Below, one piece after another: positions 10,029-19,791 of a DNA stretch of 64,000 nt (within the stretch, counting starts at the first letter, position 1; each line of letters starts with the position of its first letter). The position numbers and the translations under genes are program-made. This stretch comes from an uncultured Porticoccus sp. (GTDB taxonomy: Bacteria > Pseudomonadota > Gammaproteobacteria > Pseudomonadales > Porticoccaceae). The notes beneath the pieces were generated by a model, which searched no databases, was not told where the DNA came from, and was given only the letters and a program-made list of their open reading frames with translations. Where the stretch lies: assembly GCA_947259505.1 (NCBI GenBank), contig CAMYLT010000002.1:328598-392597 (forward strand). The letters are read 5' to 3'.

Positions 10029-10050
10029 TCGCTTCACCTGTGTGCGAAAA

Positions 10051-10075
10051 GGCCGACTAAATAGTCGGCCTTTTT
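10051..10075 (+). terminator. Rho-independent terminator after phaZ
   Basis: ggccgact-aaat-agtcggcc followed by ttttt. Confidence 0.7.
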
Positions 10076-10165
10076 ATTGGCCAGAAGTTACCTGGCCTCT
10101 GCCGATATCTGTATAAATCCTGTACAAACATGTAGAATTGCCGGCCTTCCATTCAGGTGATCACT

Positions 10166-11494
10166 ATGAGCGAGCTGCTTTCCCCCGCGGGAACACTCAA
10201 GAATATGCGCTATGCCCTTGCCTACGGTGCCGATGCGGTTTACGCCGGCCAACCGCGCTACAGCCTGCGGGTGCGCAACAATGAGTTCAATCACCTGGAT
10301 GTAATGGCGGGAGCTATTGCCGAGGCCCACGGCCAGGGTAAACAGTTTTATATCGCCAGCAATATCTCCCCCCACAATGACAAGGTGCGCAGTTACCTGC
10401 GGGATATGGAAGCGGTCATTGAGATGCAACCGGACGCGCTGATCATGTCCGATCCCGGGCTGATCATGATGGTGCGTGAAAAGTGGCCCGATATGCCCAT
10501 TCACCTGTCCGTGCAGGCCAATGCGGTGAACTACGCCACGGTGAAATTCTGGCAAACCCAAGGCATCGTGCGGACGATTTTGTCCCGGGAACTGAGCCTC
10601 GATGAAGTGGAAGACATTCGCCAACAGGTGCCAGAGATGGAACTGGAAGTGTTCGTCCACGGCGCACTGTGCATCGCCTATTCCGGCCGCTGCCTGCTGT
10701 CCGGCTACATGAATCACCGCGACCCCAATCAGGGTGCCTGCACCAATGCCTGCCGCTGGAAATACGATGCCCACGAGGCCAAGCAAACCGAAACCGGAGA
10801 CATTATTCCCACCAAAACCTGGGAACCGGAAAAGGCACCGGACAATCACGATGAAGTGCCCCCAATGATGCTGCTGGAAGAACAGGGGCGTCCTGGTGAA
10901 CTGATGCCTGCTTTCGAAGATGAACACGGCACCTACATCATGAACTCCAAAGACCTGCGTGCCGTGCAACACGTGGAGCGACTGGTCAACATGGGTATCC
11001 ACTCCCTCAAGATTGAAGGTCGTACCAAGTCGCACTACTACGTGGCTAGAACTGCCCAGGTTTACCGTCGCGCCATTGATCAGGCACTGGCAGGCAAACC
11101 CTTCGATATGAACCTGATGTTGGAGCTGGATCACCTGGCCAATCGCGGTTACACCGAAGGTTTCTACCGTCGCCATGTGCCGCAGGAATACCAAAATTAC
11201 CAACAGGGTGTTTCCACTAACCCCAACCAACAGTTTGTCGGTGAGATCTGCGGCGTCGAGCGCGACAAGGGCTGGTTCACCGTGGACGTGAAAAACCGTT
11301 TTGAAATGGGCGATACACTGGAATTGATTACCCCCGCGGGCAATATGACCTTCGATCTGGCAGCCTTGGAAAACCGCGACGGCGTAAAGATGGATGCCGC
11401 ACCCGGTTCCGGCCATGTGGTGCGAATTCCCATGCCCGTAGATCTGCCCTTGCCGGAAGATGGCGGTTACGCCATGTTGATGCGCTATATGTAA
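10166..11494 (+). CDS. trhP: U32-family tRNA 5-hydroxyuridine synthase (YegQ/TrhP)
   Basis: Near-colinear with my remembered E. coli YegQ: ELLSPAGTLKNMRYALAYGADAVYAGQPRYSLRVRNNEF, HGALCIAYSGRCLLSGY, CTNACRW. Confidence 0.9.
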   Translation: MSELLSPAGTLKNMRYALAYGADAVYAGQPRYSLRVRNNEFNHLDVMAGAIAEAHGQGKQFYIASNISPHNDKVRSYLRDMEAVIEMQPDALIMSDPGLIMMVREKWPDMPIHLSVQANAVNYATVKFWQTQGIVRTILSRELSLDEVEDIRQQVPEMELEVFVHGALCIAYSGRCLLSGYMNHRDPNQGACTNACRWKYDAHEAKQTETGDIIPTKTWEPEKAPDNHDEVPPMMLLEEQGRPGELMPAFEDEHGTYIMNSKDLRAVQHVERLVNMGIHSLKIEGRTKSHYYVARTAQVYRRAIDQALAGKPFDMNLMLELDHLANRGYTEGFYRRHVPQEYQNYQQGVSTNPNQQFVGEICGVERDKGWFTVDVKNRFEMGDTLELITPAGNMTFDLAALENRDGVKMDAAPGSGHVVRIPMPVDLPLPEDGGYAMLMRYM

Positions 11495-11560
11495 TCGTTC
11501 ACAGCGGGCCGTTATGGCCCGCTCCTGTTAGACTACCCAAATACACCGGGATCAAACACT

Positions 11561-12043
11561 GTGGCGAGACTTTTCCTGCTGTTGGCATTGGGTCTATTGG
11601 CCTATGTTGGCTGGCAGTATTTGCAACAACAACCCCCCGAGAAGCGACGCAAAAACCTTTTGCGCGTTGGCTTCTTTGCCCTGTTAGGACTGGTACTTTT
11701 GCTAGTCGCCACCGGCCGGGTTCACTGGATCGCTGCGGCTATCGCTGCAGCACTGCCAGTGCTCAAGGGCCTGCTCGGATTTCTGCTGCGAACCCTACCC
11801 TTACTGCAAGTCTGGCACAAAAAACATGACACACCTTCCGGTCAGCCCCCCAGTCAAGACCGGATTCTCACCGAGCATGAAGCCTGGCAATTACTGGGGT
11901 TAAAACCGGGCGCCAGCAGGGAAGACATTATTCAGGCCCATAAACGACTGATACAGAAAGTCCACCCTGATCGAGGCGGTAATGATTACCTGGCCTCACA
12001 GCTCAACACTGCCAGGGATTTACTGCTCAAACGCCACGGCTAG
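11561..12043 (+). CDS. Membrane-anchored J-domain protein
   Basis: Two or three N-terminal TM helices and a C-terminal J domain with KVHPDRGG. GTG start. Confidence 0.7.
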   Translation: MARLFLLLALGLLAYVGWQYLQQQPPEKRRKNLLRVGFFALLGLVLLLVATGRVHWIAAAIAAALPVLKGLLGFLLRTLPLLQVWHKKHDTPSGQPPSQDRILTEHEAWQLLGLKPGASREDIIQAHKRLIQKVHPDRGGNDYLASQLNTARDLLLKRHG

Positions 12044-12813
12044 CGATTACCCAGCAGCAGGTGGATGTAACGTCCCAGCCACAGATAGGGCTCGCGACGC
12101 GAATAAGCTAACTCCATTTCCACCACAGATTCCGGCACTGCATTGCCGCCCCGCTGGGTAGTGACATAGTCGGTAAACACTCTGATACCGCTGGTGCCAA
12201 GCACCGCCAATTTCTGCGCTTCCACCCATTCCAGCACTTGCTGCGGATACAACGGATTGCCCGGTGTCAGGCTGCCGGGATCCGGTACAAAGGTTTCTTT
12301 CTTCAGCAGGTTGAAGTTGCCGCGAATCAGGTTGCGGTATTCCAGTGAGTGTCGGTTGTAGTAGGTAAAAGACAACACCCCATTCGGGGATAGAAACCCT
12401 TTCAATGCGGGCAATAACTGTTCAGGCTCCGCCAGCCACTCCACTACCGCGTGACAAAGCACCAGATCAAACTGACCCAGTTCGAGGCTGTCCAGATCTT
12501 GAAACGGTCCGTGGTACCAAGTGATCAGCTCAAAGACACCTGCGGCCCTGGCAGATGACTGGGCAATTGCCAACATCTCAGCCGACACATCGTTTACTAC
12601 CACTTGATGGCCGAGCGCAGCCAGACGAATCGCCAACTGCCCTAACCCTGCGCCGATGTCCAGTACACGCATGGGGCGTTCAGCATGGATTTGCGGCACC
12701 TGCGCCTCCAGATCGCGCCATAGCACGGCCAAACGCACGTCGCCTTTCAAACCACCATAGACCTTGCGCTGAAAACGCTCGGCCAAATCGTCAAAATTTC
12801 GGTCTTTATTCAT
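12040..12813 (-). CDS. cmoM: tRNA uridine 5-oxyacetic acid(34) methyltransferase
   Basis: MNKDRNFDDLAERFQRKVYG..., SAM motif VLDIGAGLGQ, and C-terminal REPYLWLGRYIHL all parallel E. coli CmoM (SmtA). Confidence 0.85.
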   Translation of the reverse strand: MNKDRNFDDLAERFQRKVYGGLKGDVRLAVLWRDLEAQVPQIHAERPMRVLDIGAGLGQLAIRLAALGHQVVVNDVSAEMLAIAQSSARAAGVFELITWYHGPFQDLDSLELGQFDLVLCHAVVEWLAEPEQLLPALKGFLSPNGVLSFTYYNRHSLEYRNLIRGNFNLLKKETFVPDPGSLTPGNPLYPQQVLEWVEAQKLAVLGTSGIRVFTDYVTTQRGGNAVPESVVEMELAYSRREPYLWLGRYIHLLLGNR

Positions 12814-12925
12814 TTACGATCGCTATGCTAAGAATCTTCATGAATTAAATTGGCGTGGACTAGCAAGCCATTTGCCGCTAGCTGACACGGAAGCTAGAAT
12901 ACCCGCGCTGTAACAAGATGTCTCC

Positions 12926-13002
12926 GCCCCGGTAGCTCAGCTGGATAGAGTGGCCCCCTCCTAAGGGGCAGGTCAGAGGTTCGAATCCTCTCCGGGGCGC
13001 CA
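12926..13002 (+). tRNA. tRNA-Arg (anticodon CCU)
   Basis: Cloverleaf folded by hand. Acceptor GCCCCGG/CCGGGGC, anticodon stem gcccc/ggggc, loop cuCCUaa, T-loop GGTTCGAAT, encoded CCA. Confidence 0.9.
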
Positions 13003-13030
13003 TACTTCCTTAACTTTGTCGGCTCTATCC

Positions 13031-13741
13031 ATGAACCTGCTCTTGCTGGAACCTGGCGACTTTATCTCTGCAAAGCGCGTACGCTTGAGCGACCGACGTC
13101 TCAAACACATGCTGGATATACACCAGGCCAAACCGGGCGACAGACTAAAGGCCGGCTTGCTCAATTCACAGATGGGTACAGCAACGTTGTTATCGCTTTC
13201 GGCAGATAGCGCAGAACTGGAAATTTCCCTGACATCGGCACCACCGCCCCCACTCCCTGTAACACTGATTCTGGCACTGCCACGCCCTAAAATGCTGCGG
13301 CGAATCCTGCAAACCATCGCGACAATGGGCGTAAAACAGCTTTATCTGATCAATAGCTGGCGGGTAGAGAAAAGCTATTGGCAAAGCCCCTGGTTATCGC
13401 CCCCGGCCATTCGTGAGCAGCTCATTCTCGGTCTTGAACAGGGCGGTGACACGTTACTGCCCGAGGTATCCCTTGTGCCTCTCTTCAAGCCCTTCGTGGA
13501 GGAAAAACTGCCAGCCATTACCGCCGACAGCCTGGCACTGGTCGCTCACCCCTACGGCAATACAGCCTGCCCCACCACTATCAACGGCGCCGTAACCCTC
13601 GCTATTGGACCCGAAGGCGGCTTTATCGATTACGAAATCCAAAAACTCCGTGAAGCAGGATTCGCTCCCGTCTCGCTCGGCAAGCGTATCCTGCGAGTAG
13701 AAACGGCCATTCCGGCCATCCTGGGGAGAATGTTCCATTGA
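13031..13741 (+). CDS. RsmE-family RNA (uracil-N3) methyltransferase
   Basis: About 236 aa. The C-terminal SPOUT block LAIGPEGGF...ILRVETA resembles E. coli RsmE (LLIGPEGGL...VLRTETT). Confidence 0.75.
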   Translation: MNLLLLEPGDFISAKRVRLSDRRLKHMLDIHQAKPGDRLKAGLLNSQMGTATLLSLSADSAELEISLTSAPPPPLPVTLILALPRPKMLRRILQTIATMGVKQLYLINSWRVEKSYWQSPWLSPPAIREQLILGLEQGGDTLLPEVSLVPLFKPFVEEKLPAITADSLALVAHPYGNTACPTTINGAVTLAIGPEGGFIDYEIQKLREAGFAPVSLGKRILRVETAIPAILGRMFH

Positions 13742-13893
13742 GCTAATAGCTCACCATCACCCGCCACGACCAAAAGCCAATAGTTGCCAAAAACCTCCAT
13801 TATCGCTATCTTGTTTTCTTAACTGATCGGTCAAGAATCCCTGCGTGATATGACCGCTAATCCGTGTCATCACAATAAAAAAGAGAGCGATAC

Positions 13894-14529
13894 ATGAAGC
13901 TTTACGACTGCGCCGTAGCACCAAACCCAAGACGAGCAAGGATGTTTATCGCAGAGAAAGGTCTGGATATTCCTAAGGTGGAAGTGGATATCCTTGGAGG
14001 AGAAAATCTGCAAGAGGCATTTCTTGCCATCAACCCACGTGGGCTGCTTCCCGTGCTTGAGCTTGATGACGGCACGCGATTTGATGAAACCATGGCCATT
14101 TGCCATTATCTGGAAGAACTGTATCCAGACACTCCTCTGCTAGGCACCACACCTGTCGAGCGCGCCCAGATTGAGTGTATGCAACGAAAAATGGAATTCG
14201 ATGGCATGATTGCCACCTCGGAGGTATTCCGCAACCAACCTGACAACGAGAACTTCTGCTACCGCAGCTTGCCAGGTGTGGATGACCTGCCAGCCATTGA
14301 GGGTTTGATTGTGCGGGGCACCAAAACACTGGAGCGCTTTTTCTACTGGTTGGAAAAATTCCTCGACGGCAACCGATTTATCATGGGAGACCGCTTTACC
14401 ATGGTAGACATCACCGCTGTATGCGCAGTGGATTTTGCCAAGTGGGCGGATATTACTATTCCGAAAGAAAATACCAACACCCTTCGCTGGTATGAGGAAG
14501 TCTCTTCAAGACCCAGCGCCAAAGCCTGA
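13894..14529 (+). CDS. Glutathione S-transferase family protein
   Basis: MKLYDCAVAPNPRRARMFIAEKGL N-domain, LPVLELDDG motif, and a helical C-domain. Confidence 0.8.
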   Translation: MKLYDCAVAPNPRRARMFIAEKGLDIPKVEVDILGGENLQEAFLAINPRGLLPVLELDDGTRFDETMAICHYLEELYPDTPLLGTTPVERAQIECMQRKMEFDGMIATSEVFRNQPDNENFCYRSLPGVDDLPAIEGLIVRGTKTLERFFYWLEKFLDGNRFIMGDRFTMVDITAVCAVDFAKWADITIPKENTNTLRWYEEVSSRPSAKA

Positions 14530-14726
14530 TAAAAAATCTGACCCCATTCAAAAGCGGCCGTTAGGCCCTTTGAATGGGAAAAGAGATCTGCTTCCCCGAT
14601 GCAATACTATTAACCAGTAGTATTCATGACGGCATATAGCAGCACCGAACGCTACTCAGCCAATAAAGCCATCCCAGAAAAAACAAAACACCCTAATGAA
14701 CGGCATGAATATTAATGCCTATCCGA

Positions 14727-15659
14727 CTAGGAAATCGGAGCGCGTTTAGGCCATCGCCTCTTCAAGCACATCCACTGTGTAGGGTCTTCTCGTATCCACT
14801 GTTCAAACAAGAGATTCAATTCGGTCGCCATCGCCAAGGCTTTTTCTCCACGGGAAAGACCCTCATCCTTCACCTCAATCGGGGGGCAGACCGTAATACG
14901 AAAACGGCCATGCGGCAGCCTTTCCGCTCTGACAGGCACCAGCTTGCAACCACTGTTCAGCGCCATTCTCGGCACCACTGTGTTTGTAGGAGTGGGCACA
15001 CCAAAAAAAGGCACTAACTCACCAGCATCAAGGCGCGTATCAACAACCAGCCCAACTGAATGGCCCTGGTTTAGCTCTTTGAGCAACTTGCGTATTCCGC
15101 CCTCAGCGGGGACCAATCTGGTACGGAAAGCGCTGCGTAAACGGGCAAAAAGTTTACTGAGATAAGGATTTGTTTCCTCGGCATAGACAGTCGAGATTGA
15201 AATACCGAACTGCGCGCCCACCAGGCAGGTCAATTGCCAAGCGCTAACATGCGCAGAGACAAACACAACCGGTTTGCCTGCAATGATTTCATCCATCACC
15301 GGGTCGACAACAAACTCGAGGTATTTGTCACGTTGGCGCCATATTTTATCCATGGAAACCAGTTCGCCGGCGGCGCGTCCCAGATTAGTAAAAATGGCTT
15401 TGACGGTCTGCTTCAGCTCCCTACCCTGAATACCCGGCACAACAAAGGGCAAATTTTTTCGAACCTTGGTGGCTTTTTGAGTGTAAGGACCCAAGAGGCC
15501 AAAGAGCCACCCCATAAAACCAATACATTGCCGGGGAGGGAGTAAACGAACAAGGCCCAACATCATTCGGAAAAACAATCCCTCTATCCACCAGGTAGTG
15601 CGCTGCAGAAAGGGGTATCGCTTAACCAGCTTTTTTGTAATCAGATAATGGGTAGGCAT
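14727..15659 (-). CDS. LpxL/HtrB-family lipid acyltransferase
   Basis: N-terminal TM segment, 310 aa, and LpxL-like layout: SAHVSAWQ at the HX4(D/E) position, VVDTRLD at the PDQD position, C-terminal EDPTQWMCLKRRW. Confidence 0.75.
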   Translation of the reverse strand: MPTHYLITKKLVKRYPFLQRTTWWIEGLFFRMMLGLVRLLPPRQCIGFMGWLFGLLGPYTQKATKVRKNLPFVVPGIQGRELKQTVKAIFTNLGRAAGELVSMDKIWRQRDKYLEFVVDPVMDEIIAGKPVVFVSAHVSAWQLTCLVGAQFGISISTVYAEETNPYLSKLFARLRSAFRTRLVPAEGGIRKLLKELNQGHSVGLVVDTRLDAGELVPFFGVPTPTNTVVPRMALNSGCKLVPVRAERLPHGRFRITVCPPIEVKDEGLSRGEKALAMATELNLLFEQWIREDPTQWMCLKRRWPKRAPIS

Positions 15660-15686
15660 GGCTATTCGATACTGGCAAAAACCAGT

Positions 15687-16322
15687 CTATTCCTCTTTAT
15701 AGCGAGGGGGTAATGACAAATTACCAGCGGTGGTTCCAAAGGCAAAATCCCAAAGGGGGGAGCTGACACCATAACGTCCATCCTGGCCCGAAAAGTGATG
15801 CAGCATGTGATAGCGTTTTAGGTAACGCAGTACCGGATTCCGCATGGGGAAATGGTGCGTAGCATAGTGAATATAGTCGTAGCAGAGGTAGCCGATAATG
15901 AAAAAGGCTCCAAATGTTTCCAGATATGCGCCGGAAAGAAATAGCGTAAACAACACCCACAATAATGACATGATCAGGATAGCGCCAGCAGGTGGCATCA
16001 CCAGCCGAGTCTTGTCCTGCGGATCATCATGATGCACACCGTGAAACAGGAACACCAATGACTTTCCTAGCTTGCTCGTCGCATCATAGTGGAACACAAA
16101 GCGATGCAGGCTGTATTCCATCAATGTCCAGACCAATAGGCCCAACACTGCCATCAGACTTAATTCCACAATTGGCATCTGATAAACAGCAACACTCCGC
16201 CAGATAAGCACCAGAGCGACCGGCAACCAGAGTAGCAGCGGAATAATCGGGTGGACGTGAGTAAGAGATTCCAACAGTGGATTCTTGAACAGTCTTATCG
16301 ATGAGCTTTCAACAGGTTGCAT
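15687..16322 (-). CDS. Membrane fatty acid hydroxylase / sterol desaturase superfamily (di-iron)
   Basis: Four or so TM helices and histidine boxes HRFVFH, HGVHHDD, HYATHH, HMLHH. Confidence 0.8.
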   Translation of the reverse strand: MQPVESSSIRLFKNPLLESLTHVHPIIPLLLWLPVALVLIWRSVAVYQMPIVELSLMAVLGLLVWTLMEYSLHRFVFHYDATSKLGKSLVFLFHGVHHDDPQDKTRLVMPPAGAILIMSLLWVLFTLFLSGAYLETFGAFFIIGYLCYDYIHYATHHFPMRNPVLRYLKRYHMLHHFSGQDGRYGVSSPLWDFAFGTTAGNLSLPPRYKEE

Positions 16323-16474
16323 GCTTGTATGTTACCAATAATCAATCTGTGTCGTCAGGCTCGTTTAAATTGGCCTACGCAGTTTAAGTTACCTGTCGAT
16401 AAATGCCCTTGCCGGCATTGCCGCTTGTTCCTAATCGGGCCTGGTTCGACCTAATGTAATACGCGTCTGACTGT

Positions 16475-17401
16475 TCAATCCCTAAAATGAGGCAGTGTCA
16501 ATTTCAGACCGTCTTGTAACGACACACGTGGTTGCCAACCAAGTGCCTCCGCGAGAGCGCCACTACCACAGACCCAATCCGGGTGTCTCAATTCTCTCAG
16601 CTTACCGGGCGTCAACATGGGCTGATAGCGAAAAAGAGCCGATATACACAAATTACACTTGGCTATCATATTCAACAGCCAATACGGGATAAACACAGGT
16701 CTCACCTTACGCCGGAATACCTTCGAGGCGACCCCTACAATCTCATCCCAGCTGTATCCGTTGGGAGCTGGGTCAGAGAGAGTAAAGACTTCCCGAGGCA
16801 CTCGCTCTGCACCTAACCAAGCTATCACGGCCGCCACCAGATCATCTATATAGACGAGAGAAACCCGACTATCCGCTGAGCCAGGAATTAATGCTAAGCC
16901 ACGGGACATTAACTGAAATACCGGCAGCATCTCTCGATCACCTGGGCCATATACGGCCGGCGGGCGGAAGACGGTCAGCTCGATCTCTGGGGCGGCTTGG
17001 AGCGCAGCCTGCTCTCCAAGAAACTTGCTTGCAGCATAATGGGAAAGATCAGGTTCTCTCGAAGCCAGTGATGACATGATTAGCACTCTTGGCTTACTGT
17101 CTGACTGACTTACCGCTGCAATCAACTGCTCTACGCCTGTAACATTTGCGGGATAATAATCTTGTAGCGAACGACCGCGCACAGCACCGGCACAGTGAAT
17201 AACGGAATGACATCCAACGAGTAATTGTTCAAGCGCAGCGCCGTCGGTGATAGAACCCTGTACCAGTTGAACGCCGGACTCAGTTAAGCCCTGGGCTTTG
17301 GACGGTGTTCGAACGAGGACTTTCAGCCGGTGCCCCTGTGACAGCAGCTCTCGGCAGATACTGCTCCCGATAAACCCCGTGGCGCCGGTTACCGCAATCA
17401 T
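16475..17401 (-). CDS. NAD(P)-dependent SDR (epimerase/dehydratase fold); candidate ceramide reductase (CerR-like)
   Basis: MIAVTGATGFIGS Rossmann motif and YAASK catalytic motif. The function is inferred from position between the acyl-AMP ligase and the rest of the ceramide set. An alternative TTG start is at 17410. Confidence 0.6.
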   Translation of the reverse strand: MIAVTGATGFIGSSICRELLSQGHRLKVLVRTPSKAQGLTESGVQLVQGSITDGAALEQLLVGCHSVIHCAGAVRGRSLQDYYPANVTGVEQLIAAVSQSDSKPRVLIMSSLASREPDLSHYAASKFLGEQAALQAAPEIELTVFRPPAVYGPGDREMLPVFQLMSRGLALIPGSADSRVSLVYIDDLVAAVIAWLGAERVPREVFTLSDPAPNGYSWDEIVGVASKVFRRKVRPVFIPYWLLNMIAKCNLCISALFRYQPMLTPGKLRELRHPDWVCGSGALAEALGWQPRVSLQDGLKLTLPHFRD

Positions 17402-17475
17402 TTCTGACAAAATTGTGACACCCCCAAGTTACCCGAGCCTCACAGCATAAGCGAATCGGCGAGTATCACCCTATG

Positions 17476-19254
17476 TCAGGCGCTGATACGTAGTGGTTTT
17501 TTTTCAAAAGAATCAACGTGATCATTGGCCGAGCCTGCATTAAGGCTTGCCATAAATTCCAGTCGAGCTTTCGAACGAGATAATTTTCCCGAGGAAGTGA
17601 CCGGCAAGGAATGCGGAGGCACTAGTTCAACGCGGCAATCCAGGCTTAACTCCTCACGAACCAGTCCGGTAAGGCGTTGTAACAGCTCATCCCTTTTGGA
17701 TTCATCTGCCTCCCGACACTGTACCAATACGACACAGTGCTCATCCCCATCCGGCTCAGCTGCGGAAAATGCCAATACATCCCCCACTCTGACTTCCGGC
17801 TGGGTTTCACAGAGATGCTCGATGTCCTGTGGCCAGATATTTCGACCATGAATGATAATAAGATCTTTGATACGGCCGGTTATGGTTAAAGTGCCATTGG
17901 AACGATAACCAAGATCACCGGTGTTGAGCCAACCGTCCTCACTCAACGCATGGCGAGTTTCCTCAGGCATACCAAAGTAACCGGACATGACGCTGGGACC
18001 TGACAAGTGAATAAGCCCGGTACAGTTATCGCCAAGCACATTCCCTTCTTTATCCCGAACCTCCACCTTGTAATCAGGGAGGGGCGCACCACAGTTAACA
18101 AAGTGTCGCCCTAAACGTTTATCGCCCTCATCCATCAATACCACTTTGTGGTGATTCAGGAGCTGCTCATGATCGACGTAATCGGTCGAATAACCTTGCC
18201 CCAAGGGAGAGAAGCTGACGCCAAGGGTACACTCCGCCATACCATAACATGCAAGGAACGCCTTCGGATTAAAGCCCGCAGGAGCCAATGTTTCAGCAAA
18301 CAGGTCCAGGCTGCGGGTGCGAATCATCTCTGCACCGATGCCCGCCACACGCCAATTGCTGAGATCGTAATTATTCGCTTCACCATTGCGCAGGCGCCGC
18401 GCACAGAGGTCGTAACCAAAGCATGGGCTGAAAGAAATCGTTGCACGTGTTTTGGTTAACAGGCTCAACCACTGTCGGGGGCGCATGGCAAATTCAAGCG
18501 TATCCAGGTAATCAACAGACAACTGGGCCGCGACAGGTACAAATACAAAACCAACCAAACCCATATCGTGATAGAACGGTAACCAGGACATACAGCGGTC
18601 TTTCGGCTGCACCTTGACCCCATGAGTGATAATTCCAGCGAGATTGCTCATGGCAGTGCGGTGCCTGATCATGACACCTTTTGGGAAGCGGGTACTGCCA
18701 GAAGTATATTGGAGATAGGCAATATCGTTGGGATCAATCAGCGGAAGCGACACATCAGCCGCCGCTGGCATCTCATCAAAGGTTTCCGGCTTGTCGACCA
18801 TGCGAATGGGAAGCCCTTCCCCGGCCTCCTTGAGGAATGACAAATAGCCCTCAGAAGCAACGGCCAATTGGGCGTCGCAGGCTTTCAGCAGCCGGTGTAA
18901 TTGAGACACGTAAGAGGTATGGGCACCAAGCTTAACGGCGGCGGGGAGCGGTACCGGCACCAGACCGGCGTATTGACTGGCAAAAAAGAAGAGCAGGAAG
19001 TGGGGAGCAGTCTCCGCCACCAAAGCAACCCGGTCTCCCTTCACAAACCCAAGCCCGATCAATTTTTTTGCCAACTCAACTGCATCATCACGCAGCTGGC
19101 GATAGCCCATTTGACTGTAGATTGAACCACGTCCGGTATAAAAATTGACTCCGGTTTCGCCTTGGGCAGCATAATCGAGGGCAGCAGGGAGCGAAGCAAA
19201 GTCAGCAGGGCGAAAAGGTAATTTGTGGGTAGTTGGCGTTGGTTCAAGCTGCAC
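17476..19254 (-). CDS. Fatty acyl-AMP ligase / acyl-ACP synthetase
   Basis: 592-aa adenylate-forming enzyme: YLQYTSGSTRFPKGV, GYGMAE-type block YGMAECT, TGDLGY. GTG start is preceded by GGTGAGG. Confidence 0.85.
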   Translation of the reverse strand: MQLEPTPTTHKLPFRPADFASLPAALDYAAQGETGVNFYTGRGSIYSQMGYRQLRDDAVELAKKLIGLGFVKGDRVALVAETAPHFLLFFFASQYAGLVPVPLPAAVKLGAHTSYVSQLHRLLKACDAQLAVASEGYLSFLKEAGEGLPIRMVDKPETFDEMPAAADVSLPLIDPNDIAYLQYTSGSTRFPKGVMIRHRTAMSNLAGIITHGVKVQPKDRCMSWLPFYHDMGLVGFVFVPVAAQLSVDYLDTLEFAMRPRQWLSLLTKTRATISFSPCFGYDLCARRLRNGEANNYDLSNWRVAGIGAEMIRTRSLDLFAETLAPAGFNPKAFLACYGMAECTLGVSFSPLGQGYSTDYVDHEQLLNHHKVVLMDEGDKRLGRHFVNCGAPLPDYKVEVRDKEGNVLGDNCTGLIHLSGPSVMSGYFGMPEETRHALSEDGWLNTGDLGYRSNGTLTITGRIKDLIIIHGRNIWPQDIEHLCETQPEVRVGDVLAFSAAEPDGDEHCVVLVQCREADESKRDELLQRLTGLVREELSLDCRVELVPPHSLPVTSSGKLSRSKARLEFMASLNAGSANDHVDSFEKKPLRISA

Positions 19255-19791
19255 TAAGAATGCCTCACCTTAATAACATGTTCCCTAAGCCCGCTTGGCG
19301 TTCTGCTAACACAAGTAGCTTACTTTAATTTATTGCGCATTGGGCAACAAATAGAACCGCACTCGTCACCCTAACCGGGCACCGGGATGGCCGATTGCAG
19401 GCTTCACCCTATAAGCCTCACACTCTCGGCATCAAATCCCGACGCACATTAAATGATAACTTGAGACCATACTCATAAAAATAACTAATATTTTCAAGGT
19501 AAAACAGCATTCCCACTGCAAATCAACCATACAGGTGAAGCCTGTCGCAAGTCTAAACAGGGATACTTAAGGAAACCTTAAACGTCGACACAACACCAAA
19601 AAGCTACGCAGCCAGTCACGACGACCACTCCGCCCCCACAAAAGACTCGGTATAAAAACCCAGTTAAATTACAACGTTATGACAATCAACAGATCTACCC
19701 TAAAGTCGTACATGGAGGGTTGGTTGTAGGCTCAAAAACCGGGCTGTATACTCCTGCCTTTTTTAGCATCTGCCATTCCGGACGAGCGCTT

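Noticed and set aside
10088-11416. 442-aa ORF antisense to trhP
   Set aside because: It is a shadow of a gene that aligns almost residue-for-residue with E. coli YegQ. Its composition is implausible and it has no motifs.
11504-11522. Hairpin gcgggcc-gttat-ggcccgc after trhP as a terminator
   Set aside because: The stem is good but no T-run follows it. It was left uncalled.
19445-19470. Possible Fur box, because AATGATAAC resembles the GATAATGATAATCATTATC consensus
   Set aside because: When I aligned the full 19-mer, only about 9 of 19 positions match at 19451. It is at best a half-site, so it is reported only as an unexplained shared 12-mer.
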